DNA of 64,000 nt from Candidatus Eiseniibacteriota bacterium (GTDB lineage: Bacteria > Eisenbacteria > RBG-16-71-46): NCBI GenBank assembly GCA_963725865.1, contig CAVSAC010000012.1, positions 928,001 to 992,000 on the forward strand. Direction: 5' to 3'. Below the pieces are notes generated by a model, which saw only the letters and a list, made by a program, of their open reading frames with translations, had not been told where the DNA came from and did no database searches. Of the stretch, positions 18,842 through 29,744 are shown piece after piece (the stretch's first letter is position 1; each line of letters opens with the position of its first letter). A program made the translations under genes and the position numbers.

Positions 18842-19949
18842 ATGCTGACCGCCGCCGAGCTGCACAAGCGCCTCGAGCAGACCCGCAACGTCCTCGACGG
18901 CCTGCGGAGGTACCTTTGACATCGACCGCCTGCGCGCGGACGTCGCCGCGTACCAGACGCGCATGGCGGAGCCCGGGTTCTGGGACCGACAGGACGAGGC
19001 CCAGCGACTCGTCGGGGCGCTGAAGAGCGCCCAGCGCACGCTCGACGGCTACGCCGCGCGCGAGACCGGTCTGACGAACCTGGGAGAGCTGCTCGACCTG
19101 GCCGAGGCGGAGGGCGACCAGGAGATGCTGGCCGAGGTCGAGCGCGAGTTGGGCACGATCGAAGGCCAGGTCGCCGACCTCGAGATCCGCAGCCTGCTCT
19201 CGGGCGAGCACGACCGGCTGGGCGCGATCATCTCGATCCACCCCGGCGCCGGCGGCACGGAGTCGCAGGACTGGGCCGAGATGCTCATGCGCATGTACCT
19301 GCGCTGGGCCGAGCGCCACGGCTTCAAGGCGGAGATGCTCGACCTGCAGCCGGGGGACGAGGCCGGCATCAAGGACGCGACCATCCAGCTCGACGGCGAG
19401 TACGCCTATGGCTACCTCAAGGCCGAGAGCGGCGTGCACCGGCTGGTGCGCATCTCGCCCTACGACGCCGCCAAGCGCCGCCACACCTCGTTCGCGTCGG
19501 TCTCGGTGATGCCGATGGTGGACGACACGGTCCGGGTCGACATCGCGCCGGGCGACCTGCGCGTCGACACGTTCCGCGCCAGCGGCGCCGGCGGGCAGCA
19601 CGTGAACAAGACGGAGTCCGCGGTGCGCATCACCCATCTGCCCACCGGGCTCGTGGTGCAGTCGCAGGCCGAGCGCAGCCAGAGCCGCAACCGCGACTTC
19701 GCGATGAAGATCCTGATGGGCCGGCTGCTGGTGCACTACACCGAGCAGCAGCGCGTGAAGACCGAGAAGCTGGCGGGCGAGAAGAAGGACATCGACTTCG
19801 GCAGCCAGATCCGCTCCTACGTGCTCCAGCCTTACACGATGGCGAACGACCATCGCACCGAGCTCAAGATCGGCGACGTGCACGCGGTGCTCGACGGCGA
19901 CCTCGACGCCTTCATCGATGCCTACCTGAAGCGGAAGGAGTCCGCTTGA
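18842..19949 (+). CDS. prfB: Peptide chain release factor 2, programmed +1 frameshift
   Basis: ATG 18842, 25 codons ending GGAGG TAC CTT TGA C (18906-18920), continuing in +1 with GAC; SPY anticodon motif and [15 protein letters not shown]. Confidence 0.96.
18906..18920 (+). promoter_or_regulatory. RF2 autoregulatory frameshift site
   Basis: Internal SD GGAGG, 3-nt spacer, then CTT TGA C. Confidence 0.93.
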
Positions 19950-19953
19950 TCCC

Positions 19954-20688
19954 GTGCCGCCCCGATCGAGGCGGCGGAGTTCGCGGCCGTTCCGCGGTCC
20001 GGCCTGGCGTCGAACCGGCCGCGACGGGCTCCCGCTGAACGCGCGCGCGCCCCGCTCGCGGACGCCGCGGTCGACCGATCCGTTCGGTCGTCCGCTGCCG
20101 CGCGCGTTCTTCGCCCGCGACCCGCGCGTGGTCGCGCGCGCGGTGCTCGGGCGGGTGCTGGTGCACGACGCTCCCGGCGGGCGCGTGGCGGGCATCGTGG
20201 TGGAGGTGGAGGCCTACGCCGGCGCCGCCGACCCCGCGAGCCACGCCTATCGCGGCGAGACCGCCCGCAATCGGGTGATGTTCGGGCCTCCGGGCCACGC
20301 CTACGTCTACTTCACCTACGGCATGCATCATTGTCTCAACCTGGTCACCGGCCCGCGCGGCCGGGCGAGCGCGGTGCTGATCCGCGCAATCGAGCCGCTC
20401 GCAGGGCTCGCGCAGATGAGCCGCCGGCGCGGCATCGCGGACACGGCGCGGTTGGGGCGCGGGCCGGGGTGCGTCGCCCGGGCGCTGGGGCTCGACCGCG
20501 GGCACGACGGCCTCGACCTCACGCGCGGTCCGCTGTGGCTCTCGGACCGCGCCGCGCGCCGTGGCGGCCGGCGGATCGCGCGGGGACCGCGCATCGGCCT
20601 CCGGGTCGCGGTCGAGCGACCGTGGCGCTTCTGGCTCGCCGGGCACCCGTGTGTCTCGGGGCCGCGCGGCGCGTCCGCAGGAGTCTGA
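19954..20688 (+). CDS. mpg: DNA-3-methyladenine glycosylase (AAG/Mpg family)
   Basis: GIVVEVEAY.G..DPASH, MFGPPGHAYVYFTYGMHHCLNLV, AVLIRAIEP, GPRIGL...PWRF; start uncertain. Confidence 0.88.
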   Translation: MPPRSRRRSSRPFRGPAWRRTGRDGLPLNARAPRSRTPRSTDPFGRPLPRAFFARDPRVVARAVLGRVLVHDAPGGRVAGIVVEVEAYAGAADPASHAYRGETARNRVMFGPPGHAYVYFTYGMHHCLNLVTGPRGRASAVLIRAIEPLAGLAQMSRRRGIADTARLGRGPGCVARALGLDRGHDGLDLTRGPLWLSDRAARRGGRRIARGPRIGLRVAVERPWRFWLAGHPCVSGPRGASAGV

Positions 20689-20729
20689 GGAGCGGGGCCG
20701 CGCATGGTCGTCGCGGAGCCAGTCCCCGG

Positions 20730-20758
20730 TTGACAGCGCTGTGACCCCTTCCTAGTAT
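20730..20758 (+). promoter_or_regulatory. Sigma70-type promoter
   Basis: TTGACA-N17-TAGTAT. Confidence 0.75.
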
Positions 20759-20879
20759 CTGCGCGCCGTGCATCGCGCACCTCGTTGACCGCGCGCACTT
20801 TCACCCGGCAGGCGTGAGAGCATTCCTCCGCACGGACCCGAGCGTTACCACGTCGACACGCCGGCACAAAGGAGATGGC

Positions 20880-22511
20880 ATGCACCCTTCGCGCAGGGTC
20901 TGGATCAGCGCGCTCGTCTTGACCGTACTGGCCGCCACGGCCCTCTCGGCGCCTTCCAGGGCGCAGATGTACGAGGATGTCCGACATGCGGCGCAGCTGT
21001 CTCCCGACCCGTTGCAGCGGAGCCCGCGGATGCTCGGGTTCGGCCGCCTCGAGCTGGTGGTGGATGACGAGCACACGCGGTTCACGATGTGGGACTTCGC
21101 GGGGAACCCGACCGGAATCTACGCGGCCGACTCGGGCTCGACCCTCGAGCTGCGACCCCGCACGGGTTCGAGCTCGATGCTGCGGGACCAGCTCGGCTCG
21201 AGCACCGACGCCGTGCAGCAGACCCTCGCCGCCCGGGACGTCGACTTCGGCTTCGAGGCGTGGCGGCGTGCCGCGGGCGCGACCGCGTACGGGTTCGTCG
21301 GCGAGGTGGCGACCGTGCGGCTCGACCACGAGTACTCGAGTGACGTCGAGCTGCGGCGCTCGGTGCAGGTGCCGCGCGGCCAGGCGATCCTCAGCGGGCC
21401 GATGCCGTTCCTGTTCTCCGAGCACGGGCGCTTCGCGCTGCGCGGCCACTTCGGGAGCGAAACGTTGTCGGACGAGTACCGCCGGATGGTCACGAACCGG
21501 ACCGGGACCTGGCTCGATCGCGATGGGAGCCAGATCGACACGCCGCTGTTCTTCACGCCGGACCAGGTGAACGACGACCAGCTCGGCGGCGGACTGGCGA
21601 TGTCGTACGACGTGGGCAAGTCGCTCACGGCGGCGGCCGGCTACGACCTGATCCAGCACAAGCTCCGCAGCGACAACACCGGGAAGCGCTACGTGAGCAA
21701 GATCGACGAGAACCAGCCGGTGCACAACGGCCAGTTCTCGGTGGTCGGGAGAGTGGGCCCGCACCTCCAGTTCGGCGCCGACGCGCGCGGTTGGCGCGAG
21801 ACGTCCGAGGCGAGCTGGCTGTTCACGATCTCCGCCGGCGTGGGAGCGATTCCGCTGAGCGGCCGCGGCAAGCTCTTTCAGCGCGACGAGGAAGGCACCA
21901 CCCTGCGCACCCGCGCGCGCTGGACCCAGGGGCCCCTGCAGCTCGGCGCGTCCCTCAACACGCACTACCGCAAGACGGAGATCTCGGCGCCTGAGGCGGG
22001 CGACATCACGTCGCTGAACTACTTCCTCAATACCCTCTTCTATCGCCAGGGCGCCGACACGCTCGCGTTCCCCGACAGCATCCGGGACGTCGTGAGCGAG
22101 GAGCGCGCGTACGAGGTCGGAGGCGGCATCGCGTGGACGGCGCTGCCCCACCACGCGCAGCTCGGCGTCGAGTTCCACGCCTGGCGGGACGCGAGCCAGA
22201 CGGACCTCGGTGGGGCCGGCCCGAAGCCAGTGGGCTGGGACGTTCGCAGCGGGCTCGAGGTGCCGCTCACGAAGGTCCTGACCGCTCGCGGTGGCTACAT
22301 CTACCGGTGGGACGACCTGGACGACTTCACCCGGTCCAACGAGTACGTCACCCACTCGGTCACGCTGGGTCTGGGTCTCCATCCGGCCGGGGCCGTGTGG
22401 TCGGTGGAGTCCGGGTACGTCCTGGACATGACGCAGGCCGACTTCGGCGATCCATCCCTGCCGCGCGGCAACCGCCAGCAGCTGGCCGCGGAGCTCCGGT
22501 GGGGGTTCTAG
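20880..22511 (+). CDS. Outer membrane beta-barrel protein with FadL/PorV-like hatch
   Basis: Signal peptide; SPRMLGFG...DD...AGNPTG hatch-like motif; alternating amphipathic strands; C-terminal ELRWGF; RBS AAGGAG. Confidence 0.7.
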   Translation: MHPSRRVWISALVLTVLAATALSAPSRAQMYEDVRHAAQLSPDPLQRSPRMLGFGRLELVVDDEHTRFTMWDFAGNPTGIYAADSGSTLELRPRTGSSSMLRDQLGSSTDAVQQTLAARDVDFGFEAWRRAAGATAYGFVGEVATVRLDHEYSSDVELRRSVQVPRGQAILSGPMPFLFSEHGRFALRGHFGSETLSDEYRRMVTNRTGTWLDRDGSQIDTPLFFTPDQVNDDQLGGGLAMSYDVGKSLTAAAGYDLIQHKLRSDNTGKRYVSKIDENQPVHNGQFSVVGRVGPHLQFGADARGWRETSEASWLFTISAGVGAIPLSGRGKLFQRDEEGTTLRTRARWTQGPLQLGASLNTHYRKTEISAPEAGDITSLNYFLNTLFYRQGADTLAFPDSIRDVVSEERAYEVGGGIAWTALPHHAQLGVEFHAWRDASQTDLGGAGPKPVGWDVRSGLEVPLTKVLTARGGYIYRWDDLDDFTRSNEYVTHSVTLGLGLHPAGAVWSVESGYVLDMTQADFGDPSLPRGNRQQLAAELRWGF

Positions 22512-22750
22512 GTTCGTGCGGATGCAAGAAGATGCTTGACACGGAACGGGGATGCGCACGATATTTCGTGACGACAGGGCGTAGGGCTTCGCCGGGCATC
22601 GGCGTGTCCACCTGTTCCCTCGCATCACCTCCCTCCAGCGTTCCCACGATCCCATCGAGACTCTGCTTCGAGGCTGCTCGGGTTTCTCCCGACGCGCGCT
22701 TCGCACTGACTAACTTCCAGCCCTGCGGGGAGTTGGCGCGGCGAAGTCGA

Positions 22751-22779
22751 TTGACAGTCTCCAGACAGGCTGGCATGTT
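22751..22779 (+). promoter_or_regulatory. Sigma70-type promoter for the TonB-dependent receptor operon
   Basis: TTGACA-N17-CATGTT with an extended TG; a second TTGACA lies at 22536. Confidence 0.55.
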
Positions 22780-22836
22780 GAGTCGTCGTCATCCATGCCG
22801 GAGTCGCGAATGGATCATATCGTGAGGTCGAGTCGC

Positions 22837-25731
22837 ATGTGGACTGAGAGCAGGCGTTTGGTGAGTGGGCTCATGGTGATCGCCCTGGGCCTCGTGTTGG
22901 CCGCTCCTCCGGCCCCCGCACAGTCGACCGCCCCAGCCAAGCCGGCGGCCAAGCCCGCGACCGCCCCGGCCAAGCCGGCGGCCAAGCCCGCGACCACCCC
23001 GACCAAGCCGGCGACTCCGGCGCCGACTCCGCCGCGGCCGGCGGCCGCCGCTCCCGCCCGGCCCGCGACTCCCGCGCCCGCGCGTCCTGGAGCGTCCACC
23101 AGCGCCTACGGCAGGATCACGGGCACGGTCAGCGACCCGAGTGGTCCGGCCGCCTACGCCAACGTGATCATCCTCGGCACCAAGCAGGGCTCGATGACGG
23201 ACGAGAACGGCAAGTTCGTCATCAACGGCGTGGCGGTGGGAACCGTGCAGGTGCAGGTGATGCTGACCGGCTTCGACAAGCAGGTCCGCGAGGTGCAGGT
23301 GAACGGAGGCCAGGCCTCGGTGGCCGATTTCAGGCTCGGCGGCCAGAAGGTGGTGAAGGAGTTCGACGTCATCGAGGTCACCGGCCAGAAGCCCATCGAC
23401 ACCAAGTCCTCGACCACCAAGCAGAGCATCACCGCCGACAAGTTGCGCGAGATCCCGGTCGACAATGTGCGCGAGGCGGTCGCGGTCAAGGCCGGCATCG
23501 TCGCCCAGGGCGGCGAGCTGCACTTCCGCGGGGGCCGTGGTGGCGAGGTGAAGTTCCAGTTCGACGGCGTCGAGGTGTCGGATCCGCTGTTCGGGCGCAG
23601 CGCGGGCATCGCGAACCTCGCGGTCGCGGGGGCCGACGTGCTCTCGGGTGGCTTCGACGCCGAGTACGGCAACGCGCTCTCGGGCGTGGTGAGCCTCCAG
23701 ACCAAGGAGGGCACCGATCGCTTCGGCGGCGAGGTGCGCTGGGACACGGACCGCTACGGCGATCCGACCAAGACCTTCGACAACTACGATCGCTTCACGT
23801 TCGGATTCGGCGGCCCCACGCCGGTGAAGAACCTGACGTATTTCGCGACCTACGAGGGCTCGTTCAGCGACACCTACCTGCGCTCCTCGATGTCGCGCCC
23901 GAAGCGCACGCTGCTCGACTTCGTCACGCTCGGGAACCGCCAGAGCAACCAGATCAATACCAACTTCAAGCTCGCGTACCGCGTCAACCCGCGCAACAAG
24001 GTGACGTTCGAGACCGTCAACAACCACACCATCAACACGCCCTACAACCACATGTGGAGCCGCCAGGGATTCGTGAAGGTGACGTACGACACCACGCACA
24101 CCGCGGGCCTGCCGGACACCTACTCGCCCCGCTACGGCACCTGGTCGTTCGTCAAGCTCGACTCCAGCTACCAGGCGCAGAACCTGCCGGACCACGTGCC
24201 CACCATCGACGACCGCTTCCAGCAGTTCACCGCGGTGTGGACGAACCAGCTCTCGGACAAGAGCGTGTGGACGACCCGCGCCTCGAGCCTGCGCTTCCGC
24301 ACCCGTAGCTCGGTGGGGGGCAAGGAGCCGTGGGAGTACGAGATCCAGAGTCCGTTTTACTGGAGCGGCAACGTCCAGAACGGGACCGAGAACAATCCGT
24401 ACTTCGCGACCCACGGCGATCTGCCGCGCTGGTCGAACCGCGACGCATCGACGTACGTCGTGAAGAGCGATTTCTCGACCCGGAAGTGGAAGAACCACAC
24501 GGTCAAGACCGGTTTCGAGGCGAAGTACAACCGGGTCCAGAACCTCGCACTCGTGCTGCCCAACTCGGAGACGAACGGACTTCCGGGCGGCTCGCGCTCG
24601 GACTTCGTGAACTACAACCCCGAGGGCGCCACCTACGTGCAGGACCGGTGGGAATTCGAGGGGCTGGTGCTGAACGTGGGGCTGCGCTACGACCTGTTCA
24701 CGCCCGGTCTCCAGGTGCAGGACACCGACCTGACGTCGGGCAAGCGGTACAAGCAGCAGTTCAGCCCGCGTCTCGGGATCGCGTACCCGATCTCGGACAA
24801 GGACGTGCTCTCCTTCTTCTACGGCTGGACGTACCAGACGCCGGCCCGCAACTTCGTCTTCGAGAACCGCGGCGTGAACACGTCGGTCGCCATCCGCGGC
24901 AACCCGGACCTCGAGCCCGAGACCAACATCTCGTATCAGGCGGGCATGCAGCACCTGTTCTCGCGCGACGTGTCGGGCCAGTTCTCGGTGTTCTTCAAGG
25001 ACATCTACGGTCTCATCACGGTGCGCCAGGAGATCGACGAGTTCGGCAACCAGGTGCGCGTCTACTACAACGGCGACTACGCCTCGTCGCGCGGCTTCGA
25101 GGCCAGCGTCATCAAGAGCTTCAGCCACAAGTTCTCGGCCGAGGTGAACTACACGTTCTCGCTGGCGACCGGAGTGGCGTCGGATCCGAACTCGGCGCTG
25201 CAGTTCTTCAACGGCGGCCGCCTCTATCTGCCGATCGCCGAGCAGCCGCTCGACTGGGACCAGCGCCACACCGTCAGCGTGCAGACGGTGCTGCGAGATC
25301 CGGGCCGCTGGGGCGTGCGCATGCTGTGGACGTACGGCTCGGGATTCCCGTTCACGCCGGCGTTCCGCAACGACCGGCGCCCCGACCCGGCGCTCGAGAA
25401 CTCGCGCCGACTGCCATCGCAGGCGCGGCTGACGCTCGACGGCGACAAGTACTACAAGGTGTGGGGCCAGAACGTGACCCTGTTCTTCGACGCGAGGAAC
25501 GTGCTCAACGCGAAGAACATCGACAACCTGTCGGTGGATGGATTCCCGAACCCGTACATCAACACCGCGGGTGACGACTACACGATCTACTACACGGAGA
25601 CCGGACGCGCCGGCGGCGCCTACCTGCAGGACATCAACGGGGACTCGATCCTCGACTGGGTCCCGGTGCGGGATCCGCGCGTGTTCGAAGAAGGGCGCAA
25701 CGTCCGCATGGGCGTGAGCATCACGTTTTGA
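22837..25731 (+). CDS. TonB-dependent receptor with N-terminal carboxypeptidase-regulatory-like domain
   Basis: Signal peptide; GRITGTVSD...YANVII.GT..G..TDENGKF; plug LHFRGGRGGEV...DGV, LSGGFDAEYGNALSGVV; YVQDRWE, LNVGLRYD, FSPRLGIAYPI, GNPDLEPE; C-terminal Phe. Confidence 0.9.
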   Translation: MWTESRRLVSGLMVIALGLVLAAPPAPAQSTAPAKPAAKPATAPAKPAAKPATTPTKPATPAPTPPRPAAAAPARPATPAPARPGASTSAYGRITGTVSDPSGPAAYANVIILGTKQGSMTDENGKFVINGVAVGTVQVQVMLTGFDKQVREVQVNGGQASVADFRLGGQKVVKEFDVIEVTGQKPIDTKSSTTKQSITADKLREIPVDNVREAVAVKAGIVAQGGELHFRGGRGGEVKFQFDGVEVSDPLFGRSAGIANLAVAGADVLSGGFDAEYGNALSGVVSLQTKEGTDRFGGEVRWDTDRYGDPTKTFDNYDRFTFGFGGPTPVKNLTYFATYEGSFSDTYLRSSMSRPKRTLLDFVTLGNRQSNQINTNFKLAYRVNPRNKVTFETVNNHTINTPYNHMWSRQGFVKVTYDTTHTAGLPDTYSPRYGTWSFVKLDSSYQAQNLPDHVPTIDDRFQQFTAVWTNQLSDKSVWTTRASSLRFRTRSSVGGKEPWEYEIQSPFYWSGNVQNGTENNPYFATHGDLPRWSNRDASTYVVKSDFSTRKWKNHTVKTGFEAKYNRVQNLALVLPNSETNGLPGGSRSDFVNYNPEGATYVQDRWEFEGLVLNVGLRYDLFTPGLQVQDTDLTSGKRYKQQFSPRLGIAYPISDKDVLSFFYGWTYQTPARNFVFENRGVNTSVAIRGNPDLEPETNISYQAGMQHLFSRDVSGQFSVFFKDIYGLITVRQEIDEFGNQVRVYYNGDYASSRGFEASVIKSFSHKFSAEVNYTFSLATGVASDPNSALQFFNGGRLYLPIAEQPLDWDQRHTVSVQTVLRDPGRWGVRMLWTYGSGFPFTPAFRNDRRPDPALENSRRLPSQARLTLDGDKYYKVWGQNVTLFFDARNVLNAKNIDNLSVDGFPNPYINTAGDDYTIYYTETGRAGGAYLQDINGDSILDWVPVRDPRVFEEGRNVRMGVSITF
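22927..23013 (+). repeat. 33-bp tandem repeat encoding TAPAKPAAKPA (about 2.6 copies)
   Basis: accgcccc(a/g)gccaagccggcggccaagcccgcg twice, plus a partial copy. Confidence 0.8.
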
Positions 25732-25763
25732 CCCGGGCCGGACGAGCGGACATGAGAGGGACC

Positions 25764-28742
25764 ATGAGCAACTTGCGAGGTCGGACCACACTGGCGACAC
25801 TGGCGCTGATGACGGCGCTCGTCGTCCCCGCCTGGGGTCAGCTCGAAGGCAACGGAAAGGTGGACCCCGACAGCCTCACGATGGAGGCCGTCCAGAAGGC
25901 GATGCCGGAGTACTTCCACGTCGGCGGGAACGGCCGCATCCAGCCCATGGACATCCCCGACGTGATCGGTCCCGGCGCCGTCCTGAATGTCGGCAGCGTC
26001 TACATGAAGGTCACCAACTGGGGCCACTGCGGGAACCTGTTCACCAACCTCTCCTCGGACCCCGCCGGCCAGTGGCCGGGCGCCTCGGCGATCGAGTACC
26101 TGAGCAGCATCCGGTTGGCGGTGGGTGGCGTGAATCCGACCGCGACCGACCCGACCGCGATCCGCCGCGTCTCCTACCTGCTCGAATGGCGACCGCCGTC
26201 GCTGCTGGCCGAGGACAAGATCTATCGCGCGTACGACGGCATCATCAACGGCGCGCGCTACGCTGACGACGACGGCAGCCAGCAGGACCGGCTCGGCTAC
26301 GACCTGATCGACGAGGACTTCCTCGACGGCCACGACAACGACGGTGACGGCAAGGTCGACGAGGACTACGGCGCGCTGGGCCAGCAGATGTACTCCCTGG
26401 TCATGCGCGACGACACGCCGCAGGCGGTCAACGCCACGTTCAACGAGAAGCACGTGCCGCTCGGCCTCGAGTGCCAGCAGTTGGCGTGGGCCTATTCGAT
26501 CCCCGGCTTCACCGATTTCGACGTGATCCAGTACACGATCATCAACCGCAGCGGCCACGAGATCGACAGCCTCGTGGTGGGCTGGCTGGTCGACATGGAC
26601 TGCGGGCCGAGCGCGGTGTCCAACTTCTTCCAGGACGATTTCGACCTGCCGTACTACCCGCACGGCGAGTTCCATCTCCCGCTCGATCCGAACGACCCGC
26701 GCCGCCAGGCCATCCACAATCCCGAGCTGGACGGCCAGACCGGGGTCTCGGCCGGCCTGCCGCTGTGCAAGGAGCTCAAGATCCGCGTCAACGGATTCTC
26801 GATCGCCGACGACGACGGGGACGACAGCCGGACGACCGGCATCCCGTCCTTCCTGCTGATCGATCACACCGTCGATCCGCTGGGCGTGTCGGGGCCGTGG
26901 CGCGTCGGGTTCCGCGCCTTCCGGTCGTTCACGTCGGGCACTCCGTACGTGCAGGGCGGCAATCCGATCATCGACCAGCAGCGCTACGAGTTCATGGTCA
27001 GCAAGGAGAACGTGGACGTCAGCGAGGATCCGAACGACGCCTTCTCGACGAGCGCGCCGACCGGCTGGATCACCTCGGAGCCGGGGGACCAGAAGGGGGA
27101 CTACGTGGCGTGGTGCTCGGTCGGTCCGTGGCGCCACGTGCCGCCCGGCGGCCAGGTGCAGGCGACCGTCGCGTTCGCCGTCACGCGCGGGAAGTACGTC
27201 GACGCGATCCGCTACCGGAGCGACTTCCTCGCGTACCAGGCAGGCGCGCTGACCCGCGATGCGTTCCGCCAGAAGTACCTGGCGCTCGACAACGCCATCT
27301 CGGCGCAGGTCGCGTTCGAGGGGATCTACGAGCAGCGCACTTCGTATCCGCAGACCGACGGTCACGGACGCGAGACCGCCCTCGTGGCGGCGCAGGGCAC
27401 CCCCGGTGGATTCGTCGCCGAGCCCCCATGCGAGAGCCGCGGTGCCGAGAACCCGCGGGTGATCCTCGTCGACGCCACGCGCTACTACTGGTTCGACATG
27501 GACTGTGACTATTGCACCGGCATCTACGACTGGTCCCAGCATCTGGGCATGTTCCACAAGAACTGGAACGCCGAAGCCCCGCCGCCGAACCCCAATACGA
27601 ACATGTCGGTGAGGTACAACTACACGGACAATCCCGAGCGGCTCGTGCCGGTGGCCGGCGACCAGACAGGTCACGGTCGCCTGGGACAACCTCTCCGAGG
27701 CGACTCCCGATCCCAAGAGCACCTGGTTCGACTGCCGGGGCTACAAGCTGTGGAAGGTCTCGGGCTGGACGCGCCCCGTGGGATCACCCGGTCCCAGCGA
27801 TGACGACTGGGCGCTGGTCGGCGAGTTCCGACTGTTCGACTATCGCGATCCCACCACGTACATCCCGATCCAGGACAATCGCTTCGTCCGCGCCGCGGGC
27901 GACACCGTCTGGCCGATGGTGTACATCCCGAGCTGGTACGACTCCACCACCGGCGTACGCGGGGCCCGGCCAACGTCGAGATCCGACTGCGCCGCGGAGA
28001 CCTGTGGGATCGCCAGACGGGGCTGGTCCTGCATCCGTACGACATGCCCTGCCTCCCGGGAACCGAGCCCGGCACCTGCTCGCGGGAGCACGGGACGCTG
28101 GTCGGCACCGGCGACACGCGCAATCCGGGCGTGCCGGACACCGTGACGCGATACCCCGTCGGGCGCTATCGCTACGTCGACACCGAGGTGAAGAACGGAT
28201 TCATGTACTTCTACTCGGTCACCGCGTTCGACTCGACCGGCGATGCGGCCCTCCACACCATGGTCGAGCTGAACGGACGTCGCAGTGCAGTGGAGCCCGA
28301 GGGGGTGACGCCGCAGATCTCGACGCTCACGGGCAAGCACGTGTGGGTGGTTCCGAATCCCTACCGCGGCTACACCCAGCTGGCCCAGCGCCCGTCGACG
28401 TGGGACATGACTCCGAACGCCGCGGACCCCACCGGGACTCACATCGACTTCTTCGGGATGCCGCCCGGACGGTGGACGATCCGGATCTACACGGTCTCGG
28501 GCGATCTGGTGACCACGCTCCGTGAATCCGATGCGGTCAACGAATCGCTGCGGCCGACCATCACCGACGACAGCGGGGTGGGGCGACCGGGCTACAATCG
28601 CCAGCAGGACACCGCCAACGACGGCCAGGCGCGCTGGAACCTGATCTCGAGGAACGGGCAGGACGTCGTGAGTGGAATCTATCTCTTCACCGTCGAGTCG
28701 AGTCAGGGCACCCAACGCGGCAAGTTCGTCATCATCCGCTAG
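25764..28742 (+). CDS. Large secreted protein (~990 aa) with acidic Ca-binding-like motifs, an FN3-like segment and a FlgD/T9SS-like C-terminal domain; split by two compensating frameshifts
   Basis: Signal peptide; DGHDNDGDGKVDED; +1 shift near 27663 restores GDRQVTVAWDNLSE...GYKLWK; shift back near 27960; YRYVDTEVKNGFMYFYSVTAFD; VWVVPNPY...IRIYTVSGDLV...WNLISRNGQDVVSGIYLF.VES...GKFVIIR. Confidence 0.75.
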
Positions 28743-28771
28743 GGCGCGATGTGCGAAGGAGGAGGCACACA

Positions 28772-29725
28772 GTGAGAAAGTCCATCGCGGCTCTCTGCCT
28801 GGCCGGGGCGCTGGTCCCGGGGATGGCGTTTGCCGCCAACATCTTCGAAAAGGTCGGCACGTTCGACGGGCAGTTCCTCAAGATCGCCGTGGGCGCGCGC
28901 GCGTCCGCCATGGGCGGCGCGTTCGTGGGCGTGGCGGATGACGCCTCTGCGCTGTTCTGGAACGCCGCCGGGATCGCGCGCATCGATCCCGACAAGTCCG
29001 AGCTGTCGCTCAACCACGCGAACTGGCCCGCCGAGTTGTCGTTCGACCAGATCGGCTACGTGTTCCACGTCAAGCGCATCCCTGGAGCCTTCGGGGTCAG
29101 CGCGCGTGCGCTCACGATGGACCCGATGGTCGAGACCACGGCGTTCCAGCCGGATCCCGTGGTGGGCACGGGGCGGACGTTCGATGCCGGCATGATGGCG
29201 GCGGGCATCACGTACGCGCGCTCGTTCACCGACAAGTTCAGCGCCGGCTTCACGGGCAACTTCATCCACGAAGGACTCGCGGAGTTCTCGCAGCAGTCGT
29301 TCGCGGTGGACGTGGGCACGCTGTACGACGTGGGTGCGGCGGGGATGCGGATCGGAATGTCGATCAACAACATCGGCTCCCAGATCCGCTTCATCGATCG
29401 GGATGGACGCATCCCGTCCATCTTCCGCGTCGGCACGTCGGCGACCCTGATGAAGACCGCCGACCAGCTGCTCACGGGCTCGCTGGAATTCTCGCACCCG
29501 CCGGACAACTCGGAGCGCCTGAACGTGGGAGCCGAGTACGCGTTCCGCAAGTACCTGTTCGTGCGCGGCGGCTACAACATCAACTACGACGCCGAGGGGC
29601 TGGCGGGCGGCGTCGGATTCCACTTCCCGGTCTCGGTGGCCGGACAGGCCGACATGGACTACGCCTACACGGACATGAAGGACCTCGGTGCGGTCCACCG
29701 CTTCTCGCTGAAGTTCCTGTTCTGA
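28772..29725 (+). CDS. PorV/PorQ-family outer membrane barrel
   Basis: QFLKIAVGARASAMGGAFVGVADDASALFWNAAGI, FAVDVGTLY, LNVGAEY, FVRGGY, DYAYTDMKDLGAVHRFSL; RBS GGAGG. Confidence 0.82.
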   Translation: MRKSIAALCLAGALVPGMAFAANIFEKVGTFDGQFLKIAVGARASAMGGAFVGVADDASALFWNAAGIARIDPDKSELSLNHANWPAELSFDQIGYVFHVKRIPGAFGVSARALTMDPMVETTAFQPDPVVGTGRTFDAGMMAAGITYARSFTDKFSAGFTGNFIHEGLAEFSQQSFAVDVGTLYDVGAAGMRIGMSINNIGSQIRFIDRDGRIPSIFRVGTSATLMKTADQLLTGSLEFSHPPDNSERLNVGAEYAFRKYLFVRGGYNINYDAEGLAGGVGFHFPVSVAGQADMDYAYTDMKDLGAVHRFSLKFLF

Positions 29726-29744
29726 TCGGAATCTCGTCGTCCCG

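Noticed and set aside
22789..25800. Very long antisense and alternate-frame ORFs (also 15520-18381, 55445-58141, 59744-62791 and others)
   Set aside because: Shadow ORFs expected from high GC3 codon bias; Arg/Ala/Pro-rich with no motifs
27490..27530. CDYC as a heme c binding site
   Set aside because: Followed by Thr, not His, so it is not CxxCH
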